Source: an uncultured Chloroflexia bacterium
GTDB taxonomy: Bacteria; Chloroflexota; Limnocylindria; Limnocylindrales; CSP1-4
Assembly: GCA_963749705.1 (NCBI GenBank)
Contig: CAVVNQ010000008.1
Coordinates: 32,001 to 96,000, forward strand
DNA: 64,000 bases
Direction: 5' to 3'
Shown here: one piece after another, positions 9,825 to 18,637 of the stretch
Numbering within the stretch: position 1 is the first letter of the stretch
Layout: each line of letters starts with the position of its first letter
Position numbers and translations under genes: made by a program
Notes under the pieces: generated by a model
Databases searched by the model: none
Told to the model about the DNA's origin: nothing
Seen by the model: the letters and a program-made list of their open reading frames with translations, nothing else

Positions 9825-11102
9825 TCACCGCAGGCCGATGACGGTCGGGAGCCATAGCGTTACCGCCGGGACATAGGAGATGAGTGCTAGGACCACCAGG
9901 AGTGACGGCATGAAGTACAGCGCGCCCTTGAATACCTTGTGGACCGGTATCCGGGTGACCGAACTCAGGACGAAGACTACTCCACCCATCGGCGGGGTGA
10001 TCAGCCCGATCATCAGGTTGAAGATGATGATCGATCCGAACTGCAGGGGGTCGATCCCGAACGAGACGGCCACCGGCAGCAGGATCGGTGTGATGATGAG
10101 GAGCGCCGACGTCGGCTCCAGGATCATGCCCAGGCCGATCAGCACGACGTTGATCACCAGCAGGAACACGACCGGGTTGTCGCTGAACCCCAGCAACGCC
10201 GCTGCCACGGCCTCCGGCACCTGTTCCCTGGCCAGGATCCAGCTGAGCAGCGACGATGCGCCGATGATCATCATGATCTGGGCCGTGATGTTGGCCGTGT
10301 CACGGAACATGACCAGCATCTGCGGCAGGCGCACGGTGCCATATGCGTAGGCGAGCACGAGCATGTACAGGGCGCCCACGCCCGCCGCTTCGGTCGGGGT
10401 GAACCAGCCGCCGAGGATGCCGCCCAGGATGAGGGCCGGTGCGCCCATGGGCGGCACCGCCCGGAGCAGTGCCCATCGGGCTTCGTGCCAGTTGAAGGCC
10501 TCACCTGCGAACTCCGGGTGGCGGCGTGCCCATATCCAGACGGTCAGCGCGAGCGAGATCGTGACCAGCGTCGCCGGGATGACCGCTGCCGCGAACAGCG
10601 CCCCGGTCGACACGGCCGCGACCGAGGCGTACACGACCGCGGGAATGCTTGGCGGCATGATGGGGCTGATCAGAGCCGAGGACGCGGTGACCCCGACGGT
10701 GAACTCGGGGGGGTACCCACGCCGGCGCATGAGATCGACCTCGATGGTCCCCAGGCCCGCTGCATCGGCCAGCGCGGCGCCGCTCATCCAGGAGAACCCC
10801 AGGCTGACCCCGATGTTCACATACGCGAGCCCGGCCCGGAGTGGCCCCAGCCAGAGGAGCGCGGCGTCGTACAGCTTGGCGGCGATGTCGGTTCGTGTGG
10901 CGACGATGCCGACCAGGATGAACAGCGGCACGGCAAGCAACGGCCAGCTGTTGATGCCTTCCACCACGAGCCTAGCGGCGAGGCCGAGCGAATATCCCTG
11001 GGCAAGCAGATAGGCGAGGCATGGGCCCAGGATCGCAAACGCCATCGGAACACGCAGGAGAAACAGCGCGAGGATCACGATAAGCAACAGGACGACGCTC
11101 AC
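9825..11102 (-). CDS. dctM: TRAP transporter large permease
   Basis: LLAVPLFILVG, SGAALADAAGLG, PIMPPSIP, FTPTEAA, GLITPPMG. Confidence 0.95.
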   Translation of the reverse strand: MSVVLLLIVILALFLLRVPMAFAILGPCLAYLLAQGYSLGLAARLVVEGINSWPLLAVPLFILVGIVATRTDIAAKLYDAALLWLGPLRAGLAYVNIGVSLGFSWMSGAALADAAGLGTIEVDLMRRRGYPPEFTVGVTASSALISPIMPPSIPAVVYASVAAVSTGALFAAAVIPATLVTISLALTVWIWARRHPEFAGEAFNWHEARWALLRAVPPMGAPALILGGILGGWFTPTEAAGVGALYMLVLAYAYGTVRLPQMLVMFRDTANITAQIMMIIGASSLLSWILAREQVPEAVAAALLGFSDNPVVFLLVINVVLIGLGMILEPTSALLIITPILLPVAVSFGIDPLQFGSIIIFNLMIGLITPPMGGVVFVLSSVTRIPVHKVFKGALYFMPSLLVVLALISYVPAVTLWLPTVIGLR

Positions 11103-11701
11103 CCGGTCACCCTCACTCCCCTTCGGATCTCGGGAAGATCCACGACGAACATGATGAGGACACCGCGGATCGCGGTCGACGTGAACCCGAAGGCGATGAC
11201 GGTGTAGATGAACGTCAGCGGGATCTCGGCGGCGGCGGTGACCTGGCCGCGGTCATGGCCCATGAAGTCGAACACGCCGTACAGCATCACGGCGCAAACG
11301 ACCGCGATCACTGCGTGTCCGACGAAGTTGACCGTGCCGAGAACACGAACGGGGAGGAAATAGTCGACGACCTTGATGGCGATGTGTGAGTCGTGGGCCA
11401 GAAGGAAGCCGGACATGACGAAGGTCAACCACACCATCGCGAATCGAGAGATCTCGCCCGTCCACGCAACGCCGCCGCCCGGTAGGTAGCGCTGGGCAAC
11501 CTGCGCAAGGACCAGGACCAGGATGGTGACCAGGAGGACGGCGCCCGCCGACTGCTCCGCGAGCCCGAGCCAGTGAAACACCGAGCGGAGCGGCTGGCTC
11601 GCGGGAAGGACCTCGCGGGCCGCCTCCGTGCCGGGTCCCTGCGGCGCGTGCTCGTCGTCGGATGTTCCACCGACCGACTGCTCGAGGTTGCTCGCGGTCA
11701 C
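11099..11701 (-). CDS. dctQ: TRAP transporter small permease
   Basis: QV..RY, WTGEISRFAMVWLTF, HIAI; lies between dctP and dctM. Confidence 0.9.
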   Translation of the reverse strand: MTASNLEQSVGGTSDDEHAPQGPGTEAAREVLPASQPLRSVFHWLGLAEQSAGAVLLVTILVLVLAQVAQRYLPGGGVAWTGEISRFAMVWLTFVMSGFLLAHDSHIAIKVVDYFLPVRVLGTVNFVGHAVIAVVCAVMLYGVFDFMGHDRGQVTAAAEIPLTFIYTVIAFGFTSTAIRGVLIMFVVDLPEIRRGVRVTG

Positions 11702-11770
11702 GAATCCCTCGTCATTTCATCACAGGGGGTTGGGGTCATGTTCGTGCAGAATATCGGCTCATGCCAAGTG

Positions 11771-11807
11771 TCTGGCCGGTGTCCGCCGTCGGCGGACACC
11801 GGCCAGA
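11771..11807. terminator. Perfect 17-bp hairpin after dctP (stabiliser / partial terminator)
   Basis: TCTGGCCGGTGTCCGCC-GTC-GGCGGACACCGGCCAGA directly downstream of the dctP stop. Confidence 0.75.
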
Positions 11808-11813
11808 TCGCTG

Positions 11814-12881
11814 TCAGTTGGCCGTCGATCGGATGGCGTCGAGGACCGTGACCTGCTCGGGGGTGTAGTGATCCCGAAGGTAGGGCACTGCCTTGGCGCG
11901 GAAGGCCTCGCGATCGACATCGTCGATGACCTGCATCGTCCCGCCCGCCCTGAACTCGTCGAGGATCTGCTTCTCGGCGGTTTCAACGCACTTCGGCTCC
12001 TCGACCATCGCCTTCTGGACCGCAGCCTGGAGGGCTGCCTGCTGCTCCGGGGACAGCGAGGACCACTTGGCTTCGTTCATAACGACGAGATTCGAGCTCA
12101 GCTGGTGGCTCGAAAGGGAGACGTAGGACTGGACCTCGGGGAGGTTGATCGCCTTGATGTTGACGAGCGGATTCTCCTGCCCGTCGACCGTCTTCTGCTG
12201 GAGCGCCAGGTAGAGCTCGCTGTAGGCGACCTCAACCGGGGTTGCACCCATCGCGGCCGCATTCAGCAAGAACGCCGGAGACGGCGGGAACCGCATCCTG
12301 AGCCCCTTGAGGTCATCGGGGGTGCGGATCGGCTTGTTCGCCGTGAACTGCCGTGCGCCGGTATTCCAGGCGCCCAGGATCCGCACGCCCGTCGCATCCA
12401 GGAAGCCCTGTGTCAGCGGCTGCGAGGCAGGGTCCGTAAAGAACTTGTACATGTGCTCGCTGCTGTCGAACACGAACGCGCCGTCGACGACGCCCATCGG
12501 TGCATACAGCGCGCTGAGCGCCGATGCCCCCTGGATGTCAATGTCGATGTCGCCCGACACGACCGACTGGATCCTTGCGGCATCGTCGCCCAGGGTGCCG
12601 TTGCCGAACAGCTTGATCGTCAGCCCGACGTTCGCGGCCGCGGCCTCGTCGGCGATCACCTTGGCACCGCACGCGACCTGCGGCTGCTCGTCCGTGTAGC
12701 TGTTGGCGAAGGTGAGCTCGACAGGCGTCTGCGCTGCCTCTGAAGCTGGCGCCTCGGACGCTGCTGCGCTTGATGCCGCGGAGGCGGGGGCGGTGGTGGG
12801 ACTGGGGGTGCTCCCACCGCAGGCGGCGAACAGCAACGCCGCCACCATTGCGACCGGGAGCCTCCAGGATCGTGTCGTCAT
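11814..12881 (-). CDS. dctP: TRAP transporter substrate-binding lipoprotein
   Basis: Lipobox LFAAC, GARQFT, KPIRTPDDLKGLRMR, ELYLALQQKTVDGQENP. Confidence 0.95.
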   Translation of the reverse strand: MTTRSWRLPVAMVAALLFAACGGSTPSPTTAPASAASSAAASEAPASEAAQTPVELTFANSYTDEQPQVACGAKVIADEAAAANVGLTIKLFGNGTLGDDAARIQSVVSGDIDIDIQGASALSALYAPMGVVDGAFVFDSSEHMYKFFTDPASQPLTQGFLDATGVRILGAWNTGARQFTANKPIRTPDDLKGLRMRFPPSPAFLLNAAAMGATPVEVAYSELYLALQQKTVDGQENPLVNIKAINLPEVQSYVSLSSHQLSSNLVVMNEAKWSSLSPEQQAALQAAVQKAMVEEPKCVETAEKQILDEFRAGGTMQVIDDVDREAFRAKAVPYLRDHYTPEQVTVLDAIRSTAN

Positions 12882-13242
12882 GTTCTCTCCCATCCTCTGA
12901 TGCTGCGGCCGGACCTGGGCCGCGGGTGCTGATGGACGACTGTGGCCGACGCTTGCGCGCAGGCCGATTTCCCAGTTCTGCTTCGAGGGGTTCGCGTGAC
13001 GGACCTTGACGGCCCTGCCTGATCGAGCTCGATGGCGACCGACGGGCCTGCCATCTTCCGCGGGTGGGACGCGCCACGTGCAATCAGCACGGGACAGGTC
13101 CGCACGCGTTCGCGATTCGCGCGCTGCTGCCTCTCTCCCTTTCGGCTTCCTCCTCCTCCGATGGCAAACCGATGAACCGGTTCGCTGCGGTCACCTCGCG
13201 GGCATCGCGGACGCCATGCAGGTGCAGCGGTGCAATCATGGC

Positions 13243-13295
13243 GTCCCATACAGCTGGACGCCAGCCTATATTACGGGACAGGCGCCGCAGGTCAA
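13243..13295 (-). promoter_or_regulatory. TRAP operon promoter with double operator
   Basis: Minus TTGACC 13295-13290, TAATAT 13273-13268; GTCCCATACAGCTGGAC / GCCTATATTACGGGAC at 13243-13279. Confidence 0.65.
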
Positions 13296-13352
13296 GAGCG
13301 CATTTGTACCCGACGGAGCGCGACCCGATCCGGGGCTTCATAGTTAGCCCCG

Positions 13353-14951
13353 ATGGAAACGGTCCTCGTCGGAGCCCCCGGCAGTGGTGCCAGAACGATC
13401 GGCAGATCGCTCGCGGAACGTCACGGGGCGCGATTCATCGATCTCACCGGCGCGCCCGGTCGTCGTGCCGACGCACTGTCGGGCCTGCGCATGAGCGTGG
13501 CGCCCGATGGCGACCACGTCCTGCGAACGGTCATCGCTGCTGACCGCATCGTCGCGGACCCGTCGGTCCGGGCGAAGCTGTATCGCGGCCGACACGTGAT
13601 CTGGCTCGATGTCCCGGGCGACCAGCTGGTCGAGCGGCTGCGTGCGGCCCGCCGCCAGGACGTCGGCTATGAGGGCGATGCGCGGACGTTCATCGCCGAC
13701 CATCTGGCCGAGTACCGCCCCTACTACCTGGCGGGAATGCGCGTCGACGCCTCGGGCTCGGTGTCGTCGGTCATCGGACAGGTCCAGGCCATGCTCGAAC
13801 AACCGGTCCATTCCGGCACGCTGGTGCTGCGAGCCGAGGTTCGCGGCGGTTTGATCGAGCTCGGAGAGGACATCCTGGCCACCAGCCTGGGGCACGTCCT
13901 GCAGCGCCTGTCCGTGCACCGTTGCGTCGTCGTCACCTCGGGTCGTCGGCGACGGGTGGCGGACGACGCGATTGAGGTGATGCGGTCCGTGGCGGGCGTA
14001 CCGGTCGAGATCGAGGTGCTTCCGGATGGCGAGCCGTCGAAGCTCATGGACAACCAGGAACAGCTGTTCCGGCGATTCGCCGGCCGCCGTCTCGAGCGCG
14101 GCGATCCGCTGATCGCCCTCGGCGACGATGCGCTGCTCGAGGCCGCGACCTTTGCAGCCGCGGTCTGGCTCCGCGGCATCCCGCTCATCGCGATCCCCGT
14201 GACGACGCTTGGATTGATCGACACGGCCATCGGGGGCAAGGGCGGCATCGATCTGCCCGGCGTCGGTCGCAACCTGCTTGGAGTCGTCCACCAGCCGACC
14301 GCGACCATCCTCGATATCGGCCTCGTGAAAGACGAGCCCGCCACCGAGCGGCGCGCCGCCCTGGCGGAGGCCGTCAAGTACGGGCTTATCGGAGACGATG
14401 GCCTCCTGTCGCTGCTCGAGTCGGGAGCGCGACGAGCCCCCGACAGGCCCTGGCCAAGCGGCGCGGCACTCCTCGAGCTCGTCGAGCGTTGCGCCCTAGC
14501 CAAGCGTCACCGCGTGCTGCTTGACGAGCGGGACGTGTCCGGCGTCCGGATGGCGCTGAATCTCGGCCACACCCTGAGTCATGCCCTCGAGGCGGCGACC
14601 TCGTACCAGCTGCGCCACGGTGAGGCGGTCGCCTACGGCCTCCGGGCCGCCGTCGAGATCGGCCTGGCGATGAAGGTGACGCCGGTCGGGATCGCGGCCC
14701 GCGCGCATCGCCTGCTCGACGTGCTCGACCTGGCGACCGAGGCCCTCGACGTCCCCGTCGAGGAGGTCCTTGCGTACCTCGACGCCGACAAGAAGCGCCG
14801 CGACGGACAGGCGCGGTGGGTGCTCGTCGCCGACGACGGCGTCACGGTCCGTGGCGACGTCCCGCCAGCGGTGGTCAGGTCAGCCGCGACGTCAGCCCTG
14901 GCAGGTCGCCACCAGGAAAGCGGTTTCGGCGCCTCTCGCCTCGACGGCTGA
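13353..14951 (+). CDS. Shikimate kinase-like/3-dehydroquinate synthase fusion (copy 1)
   Basis: N-terminal GAPGSGART (degenerate P-loop); C-terminal PVTTLGLIDTAIGGKGGID, EAVKYGLI, LNLGHTLSHALE, HGEAVAYG, DKK. Confidence 0.88.
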   Translation: METVLVGAPGSGARTIGRSLAERHGARFIDLTGAPGRRADALSGLRMSVAPDGDHVLRTVIAADRIVADPSVRAKLYRGRHVIWLDVPGDQLVERLRAARRQDVGYEGDARTFIADHLAEYRPYYLAGMRVDASGSVSSVIGQVQAMLEQPVHSGTLVLRAEVRGGLIELGEDILATSLGHVLQRLSVHRCVVVTSGRRRRVADDAIEVMRSVAGVPVEIEVLPDGEPSKLMDNQEQLFRRFAGRRLERGDPLIALGDDALLEAATFAAAVWLRGIPLIAIPVTTLGLIDTAIGGKGGIDLPGVGRNLLGVVHQPTATILDIGLVKDEPATERRAALAEAVKYGLIGDDGLLSLLESGARRAPDRPWPSGAALLELVERCALAKRHRVLLDERDVSGVRMALNLGHTLSHALEAATSYQLRHGEAVAYGLRAAVEIGLAMKVTPVGIAARAHRLLDVLDLATEALDVPVEEVLAYLDADKKRRDGQARWVLVADDGVTVRGDVPPAVVRSAATSALAGRHQESGFGASRLDG

Positions 14952-14985
14952 CTGCCTCCAGCCCGGATCGCGTCCTGAGCCGAGG

Positions 14986-15015
14986 TTGACGCACATCGGT
15001 CTCAGGGGATACCTT
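14986..15015 (+). promoter_or_regulatory. aro operon promoter
   Basis: TTGACG 14986-14991 and TACCTT 15010-15015. Confidence 0.55.
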
Positions 15016-15025
15016 CGCGCGCACG

Positions 15026-15061
15026 ATGTCCGCCTTCTACCGCTTTATATGCCCGGCATGA
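15026..15061 (+). CDS. Phe/Tyr-rich attenuator leader peptide MSAFYRFICPA
   Basis: ATG TCC GCC TTC TAC CGC TTT ATA TGC CCG GCA TGA; Phe-Tyr-x-Phe cluster between promoter and terminator upstream of aroF. Confidence 0.75.
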   Translation: MSAFYRFICPA

Positions 15062-15108
15062 CCGATCCCGGATACTGACGATCCGGGCAGCGGCTCGTGC
15101 CGGGTGAG

Positions 15109-15134
15109 CAGAGGTCCTGGACCTCTGTTTTTTT
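15109..15134 (+). terminator. Intrinsic terminator (attenuator) upstream of aroF
   Basis: CAGAGGTCC-T-GGACCTCTG inverted repeat followed by T7. Confidence 0.88.
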
Positions 15135-15173
15135 GTTCCCTCGCGACGATCTCCTCGAGGAATCCTGACCAGC

Positions 15174-16277
15174 ATGTTCGTGGTGATGCGGACCGGAGCC
15201 ACGGAGGCCGAGGTCAACGGGGTGAAGGGCCTCATCCTGTCCGAAGGCCTGACGCCGTTCGAGAACGCCGACAGCGACCGCGTCAACGCGGGCACGGACA
15301 GCGCCGACGCGGGCACGGCTCGCGTCGTCATCGCGGTCGTGGGCGAGCTCGGCGGGCGCCGGCCGCAGCTCATGGCACGCCTGGAGACGATGCCCGGGGT
15401 CACGACCGTCACCCCGATCTCGAAGCCCTACAAGCTCGTGTCGCGCGAGTTCCACCCGGAGGACACGGTGATCCGGGTGCTCGATGCCGTGATCGGCGAC
15501 GGGACGCTGACGGTGATGGCCGGCCCGTGCTCGATCGAGAGCCGCGAGCAGCTGATGGAGACGGCCGACTTCGTGGCCGGCCACGGGGCGACGATCATCC
15601 GCGGTGGCGCGTTCAAGCCACGGACCAGCCCGTACAGCTTCCAGGGCCTGGGCGTCGAGGGCCTGCGATACCTCGCGGAGGTGCGCGAGCGGACCGGCCT
15701 CCCGGTGATCACCGAGGTGATGGAGCCGAGCCAGGTCGACATCGTCGCCGAGTACGCGGACATCCTCCAGATCGGCACCCGCAACATGCAGAACTTCTCG
15801 CTGCTGCTCGCATGCGGGCGCGCGGGCCGTCCGGTGATGCTCAAGCGCGGGTTCGGGGCGACGATCGAGGAATGGCTGATGGCCGCCGAGTACATCGCGT
15901 CGGCCGGCAACTCGCAGATCATCCTGTGCGAGCGCGGGATCCGCACGTTCGAGACGTACAGCCGGAACACCATGGACCTCACGGCGGTCCCCCTTGCCCA
16001 CCATTTCACGCACCTGCCCGTGATCGTGGACCCGTCACATGCCACGGGGCGCCGATGGCTGGTCAAGCCGCTCGCGATCGGCGGCGTCGCGGTGGGTGCG
16101 GACGGGATCATGGTGGAGGTCCACCCGCGACCTGACGAGGCGCTGTCGGACGCGGAGCAGCAGCTGGACTTCCCCGCGTTCGAGCAGATGATGGACGCGA
16201 TCGTCGGGGTCCACGAGCACGTCCGTGACCTCCATGGTGACCTGAACGCCGCCGCGACCCGCAGCGGACAGGGCTGA
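15174..16277 (+). CDS. aroF: DAHP synthase class I-beta with N-terminal regulatory domain
   Basis: MAGPCSIES, RGGAFKPRTSPYSFQG, QIGTRNMQNF, LKRG, LCERGIRTFE, DPSHATG. Confidence 0.96.
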   Translation: MFVVMRTGATEAEVNGVKGLILSEGLTPFENADSDRVNAGTDSADAGTARVVIAVVGELGGRRPQLMARLETMPGVTTVTPISKPYKLVSREFHPEDTVIRVLDAVIGDGTLTVMAGPCSIESREQLMETADFVAGHGATIIRGGAFKPRTSPYSFQGLGVEGLRYLAEVRERTGLPVITEVMEPSQVDIVAEYADILQIGTRNMQNFSLLLACGRAGRPVMLKRGFGATIEEWLMAAEYIASAGNSQIILCERGIRTFETYSRNTMDLTAVPLAHHFTHLPVIVDPSHATGRRWLVKPLAIGGVAVGADGIMVEVHPRPDEALSDAEQQLDFPAFEQMMDAIVGVHEHVRDLHGDLNAAATRSGQG

Positions 16278-16282
16278 GCGGC

Positions 16283-17695
16283 ATGGCGGCCAGGCAGGCG
16301 GGCGGTGCGCCCGCAGAGACCAGCTCCCCGCACCTGTCGACACGCGACGCCGCCGGCGACGGACCGGACACCGCGATCGTGGTGCGTCCGGCCGCCCGTC
16401 TGCGGGGGCGCCCGGAGCTGCCCGGGGACAAGTCGATCTCCCACCGCGCGCTCCTGTTCGCGCTGCTTGCCGAAGGGGAGAGCCGGATCGAGGCTGCGGG
16501 GGACGGCGCGGATGTCCGCTCCACCGCCGCCATCGTGGCCGCCCTAGGTGCCCGCGTTGAGCGCGTGGCCGAGTCGGGCGGGCGCGTCGACTATCGGATC
16601 GTGTCGCCCGGCGGTCACGCGCTGACGGAGCCGGACGCGAGCCTGGGCTGCGGCAACTCCGGGACGACGACCCGGCTGGTGGCCGGCCTCCTCGCCGGCC
16701 AGCCGATGTTCGCGATCCTCGATGGTGACGCCTCGCTCCGGCGCCGGCCGATGGGTCGAATCGTGGAGCCGCTGCGGTCGATGGGTGCCGTGTTCGGAGG
16801 CCGGCGCGGGGCAACGATGCTGCCGCTCGCGATCTCGGGACGTGCCCGCCTGCTCCCCATCGAATACGTGACGCCCGTCCCCAGCGCGCAGGTCAAGTCC
16901 GCGATCCTGCTGGCGGCGCTCGCCGCGGACGGCGAGACGACCGTGACCGAATCGGTTGCCACCCGCGACCACACGGAGCGCATGCTCCGCTCCCGCGGCG
17001 TCGGCGTTTCGGAGGCCGTCGACGAACAGGGCCGGCACATCGTCCGCCTGACCGGACCAGCCACCGTGGCCGCCATCGCGGACACCGTGCCCGCCGATCC
17101 GTCCGCCGCCGCGTTCTGGATGGTGGCGGCATCGATCCACCCCGACGCGGAGCTGTCGCTCGAGGGGGTGAGCACGAACCCGACCCGGCGTGCCATCATC
17201 GACATCCTCAGGCGCATGGGCGCCGACATCGAGGAGCACGACCATCCGGCTAAGGGGGGACGGGCAGGCGAGCCCCTCGCCGATCTCATCGTCCGGTCCA
17301 GCGCGCTCCGCGCCGTCGACCTGTCCCCCACGGACGTGGCGACGGCCATCGACGAGATCCCCGTCCTGGCGCTCGCCGCGACCGCCGCGATCGGCACGAG
17401 CCGGTTCCGAGGCGTGGGGGAGCTCCGGCACAAGGAATCGGACCGCGTCGCGGGGATCGCGGACGGGCTGACGGCCCTCGGAGCGCGCGTGCGCGTCGAG
17501 GGCGACGATATCGAGATCGAGGGCGGCCGTCGCTTGCGAGGCGCCGTCACCGAGACCTACGACGACCACCGGCTCGCGATGACGTTCGCGATCGCCGGCC
17601 TCATCGCCGAGGGCGAGACCATCGTTCGCCGACCCGGGTCGGCGGGGATCTCCTACCCCGGCTTCTTCCACCAACTCGAAGGGGTGCGAGCATGA
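16283..17695 (+). CDS. aroA: EPSP synthase
   Basis: PGDKSISHRA, GNSGTTTRL, SAQVKSA, RDHTERM, ELRHKESDR, DDHRLAM. Confidence 0.97.
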   Translation: MAARQAGGAPAETSSPHLSTRDAAGDGPDTAIVVRPAARLRGRPELPGDKSISHRALLFALLAEGESRIEAAGDGADVRSTAAIVAALGARVERVAESGGRVDYRIVSPGGHALTEPDASLGCGNSGTTTRLVAGLLAGQPMFAILDGDASLRRRPMGRIVEPLRSMGAVFGGRRGATMLPLAISGRARLLPIEYVTPVPSAQVKSAILLAALAADGETTVTESVATRDHTERMLRSRGVGVSEAVDEQGRHIVRLTGPATVAAIADTVPADPSAAAFWMVAASIHPDAELSLEGVSTNPTRRAIIDILRRMGADIEEHDHPAKGGRAGEPLADLIVRSSALRAVDLSPTDVATAIDEIPVLALAATAAIGTSRFRGVGELRHKESDRVAGIADGLTALGARVRVEGDDIEIEGGRRLRGAVTETYDDHRLAMTFAIAGLIAEGETIVRRPGSAGISYPGFFHQLEGVRA

Positions 17696-18621
17696 CGAAG
17701 CGGATCGTCCTCATCGGCCACCCGGTCGCCCATTCGCTGTCCGGGGCGATGCAGCAGGCGGCCTTCGATCAGCTCGGCATCGATGCCCGGTACGAGCTGT
17801 GGGATCGCGCGCCGATCGACCTGGCCAATGCGATCGCGGAGCTGCGGACCGACGACTTCCTGGGCGCCAACGTCACGATCCCGAACAAGGAACGGGTCGT
17901 CCCGCTGGTGGACCGGCTCACCGAGGAGGCCCACGCCACGGGGGCCGTCAACACGCTGACCCGCGAAGGCCGAAAGCTCATCGGGCACAACACGGATGTG
18001 ACCGGTTTCAAGGTGGCGCTGGACCAGCTCGTGGGCCGGCAGAAGATGCCTCGTCAGGCAGTGGTGCTGGGCGCGGGCGGCGGTGCGCGGGCGGTGGTCT
18101 ACGGGCTGATCCGCGAGGGCTTCCAGCGGGTGATCGTGTTCAACCGTCACCTGCACCGGGCCGAGGGCCTGGTCAAGCATTTCGGGCGGAGCGCCGCGCA
18201 CATGGAGCTGCGCGCGATGCCGTGGCACGAGTCGATCATCGAGGCCGAGCTCGCAAAGACGCGGGTGCTGGTGAACGCCACCTCAGTCGGGCTCGAGGGA
18301 GTCGAGAGCCCCGTGCCGGCTGAGGCGATCCCGCCCGACCTCCTGGTGCAGGACCTGATCTACATGCGGACACGCCTGTTGCGCGACGCCGAGGCCGCGG
18401 GCTGCGCGACGTCCGATGGCGAGACGATGCTGCTCCACCAGGGCGCGGCATCGTTCACGCTGTGGACGGGCCAGCCGGCACCGCTCGACGTGATGCAGGC
18501 CGCCCTGGCCGATGCGCGCGCCCATGGCCTCCGCTCGGCGGAAGGCGAACCGGCCGCACCCGCCGTCGAGGCGACGGCCGGCGGCGCGGACGGGTCGTCC
18601 ACGGCCGACGCCGCCGGCTGA
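17692..18621 (+). CDS. aroE: Shikimate dehydrogenase
   Basis: GHPVAHSLS, GANVTIPNK, GAVNT, GHNTD, GAGGGARA, NATSVG, MLLHQG. Confidence 0.95.
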   Translation: MTKRIVLIGHPVAHSLSGAMQQAAFDQLGIDARYELWDRAPIDLANAIAELRTDDFLGANVTIPNKERVVPLVDRLTEEAHATGAVNTLTREGRKLIGHNTDVTGFKVALDQLVGRQKMPRQAVVLGAGGGARAVVYGLIREGFQRVIVFNRHLHRAEGLVKHFGRSAAHMELRAMPWHESIIEAELAKTRVLVNATSVGLEGVESPVPAEAIPPDLLVQDLIYMRTRLLRDAEAAGCATSDGETMLLHQGAASFTLWTGQPAPLDVMQAALADARAHGLRSAEGEPAAPAVEATAGGADGSSTADAAG

Positions 18622-18637
18622 CGCGGCACGACCGACC

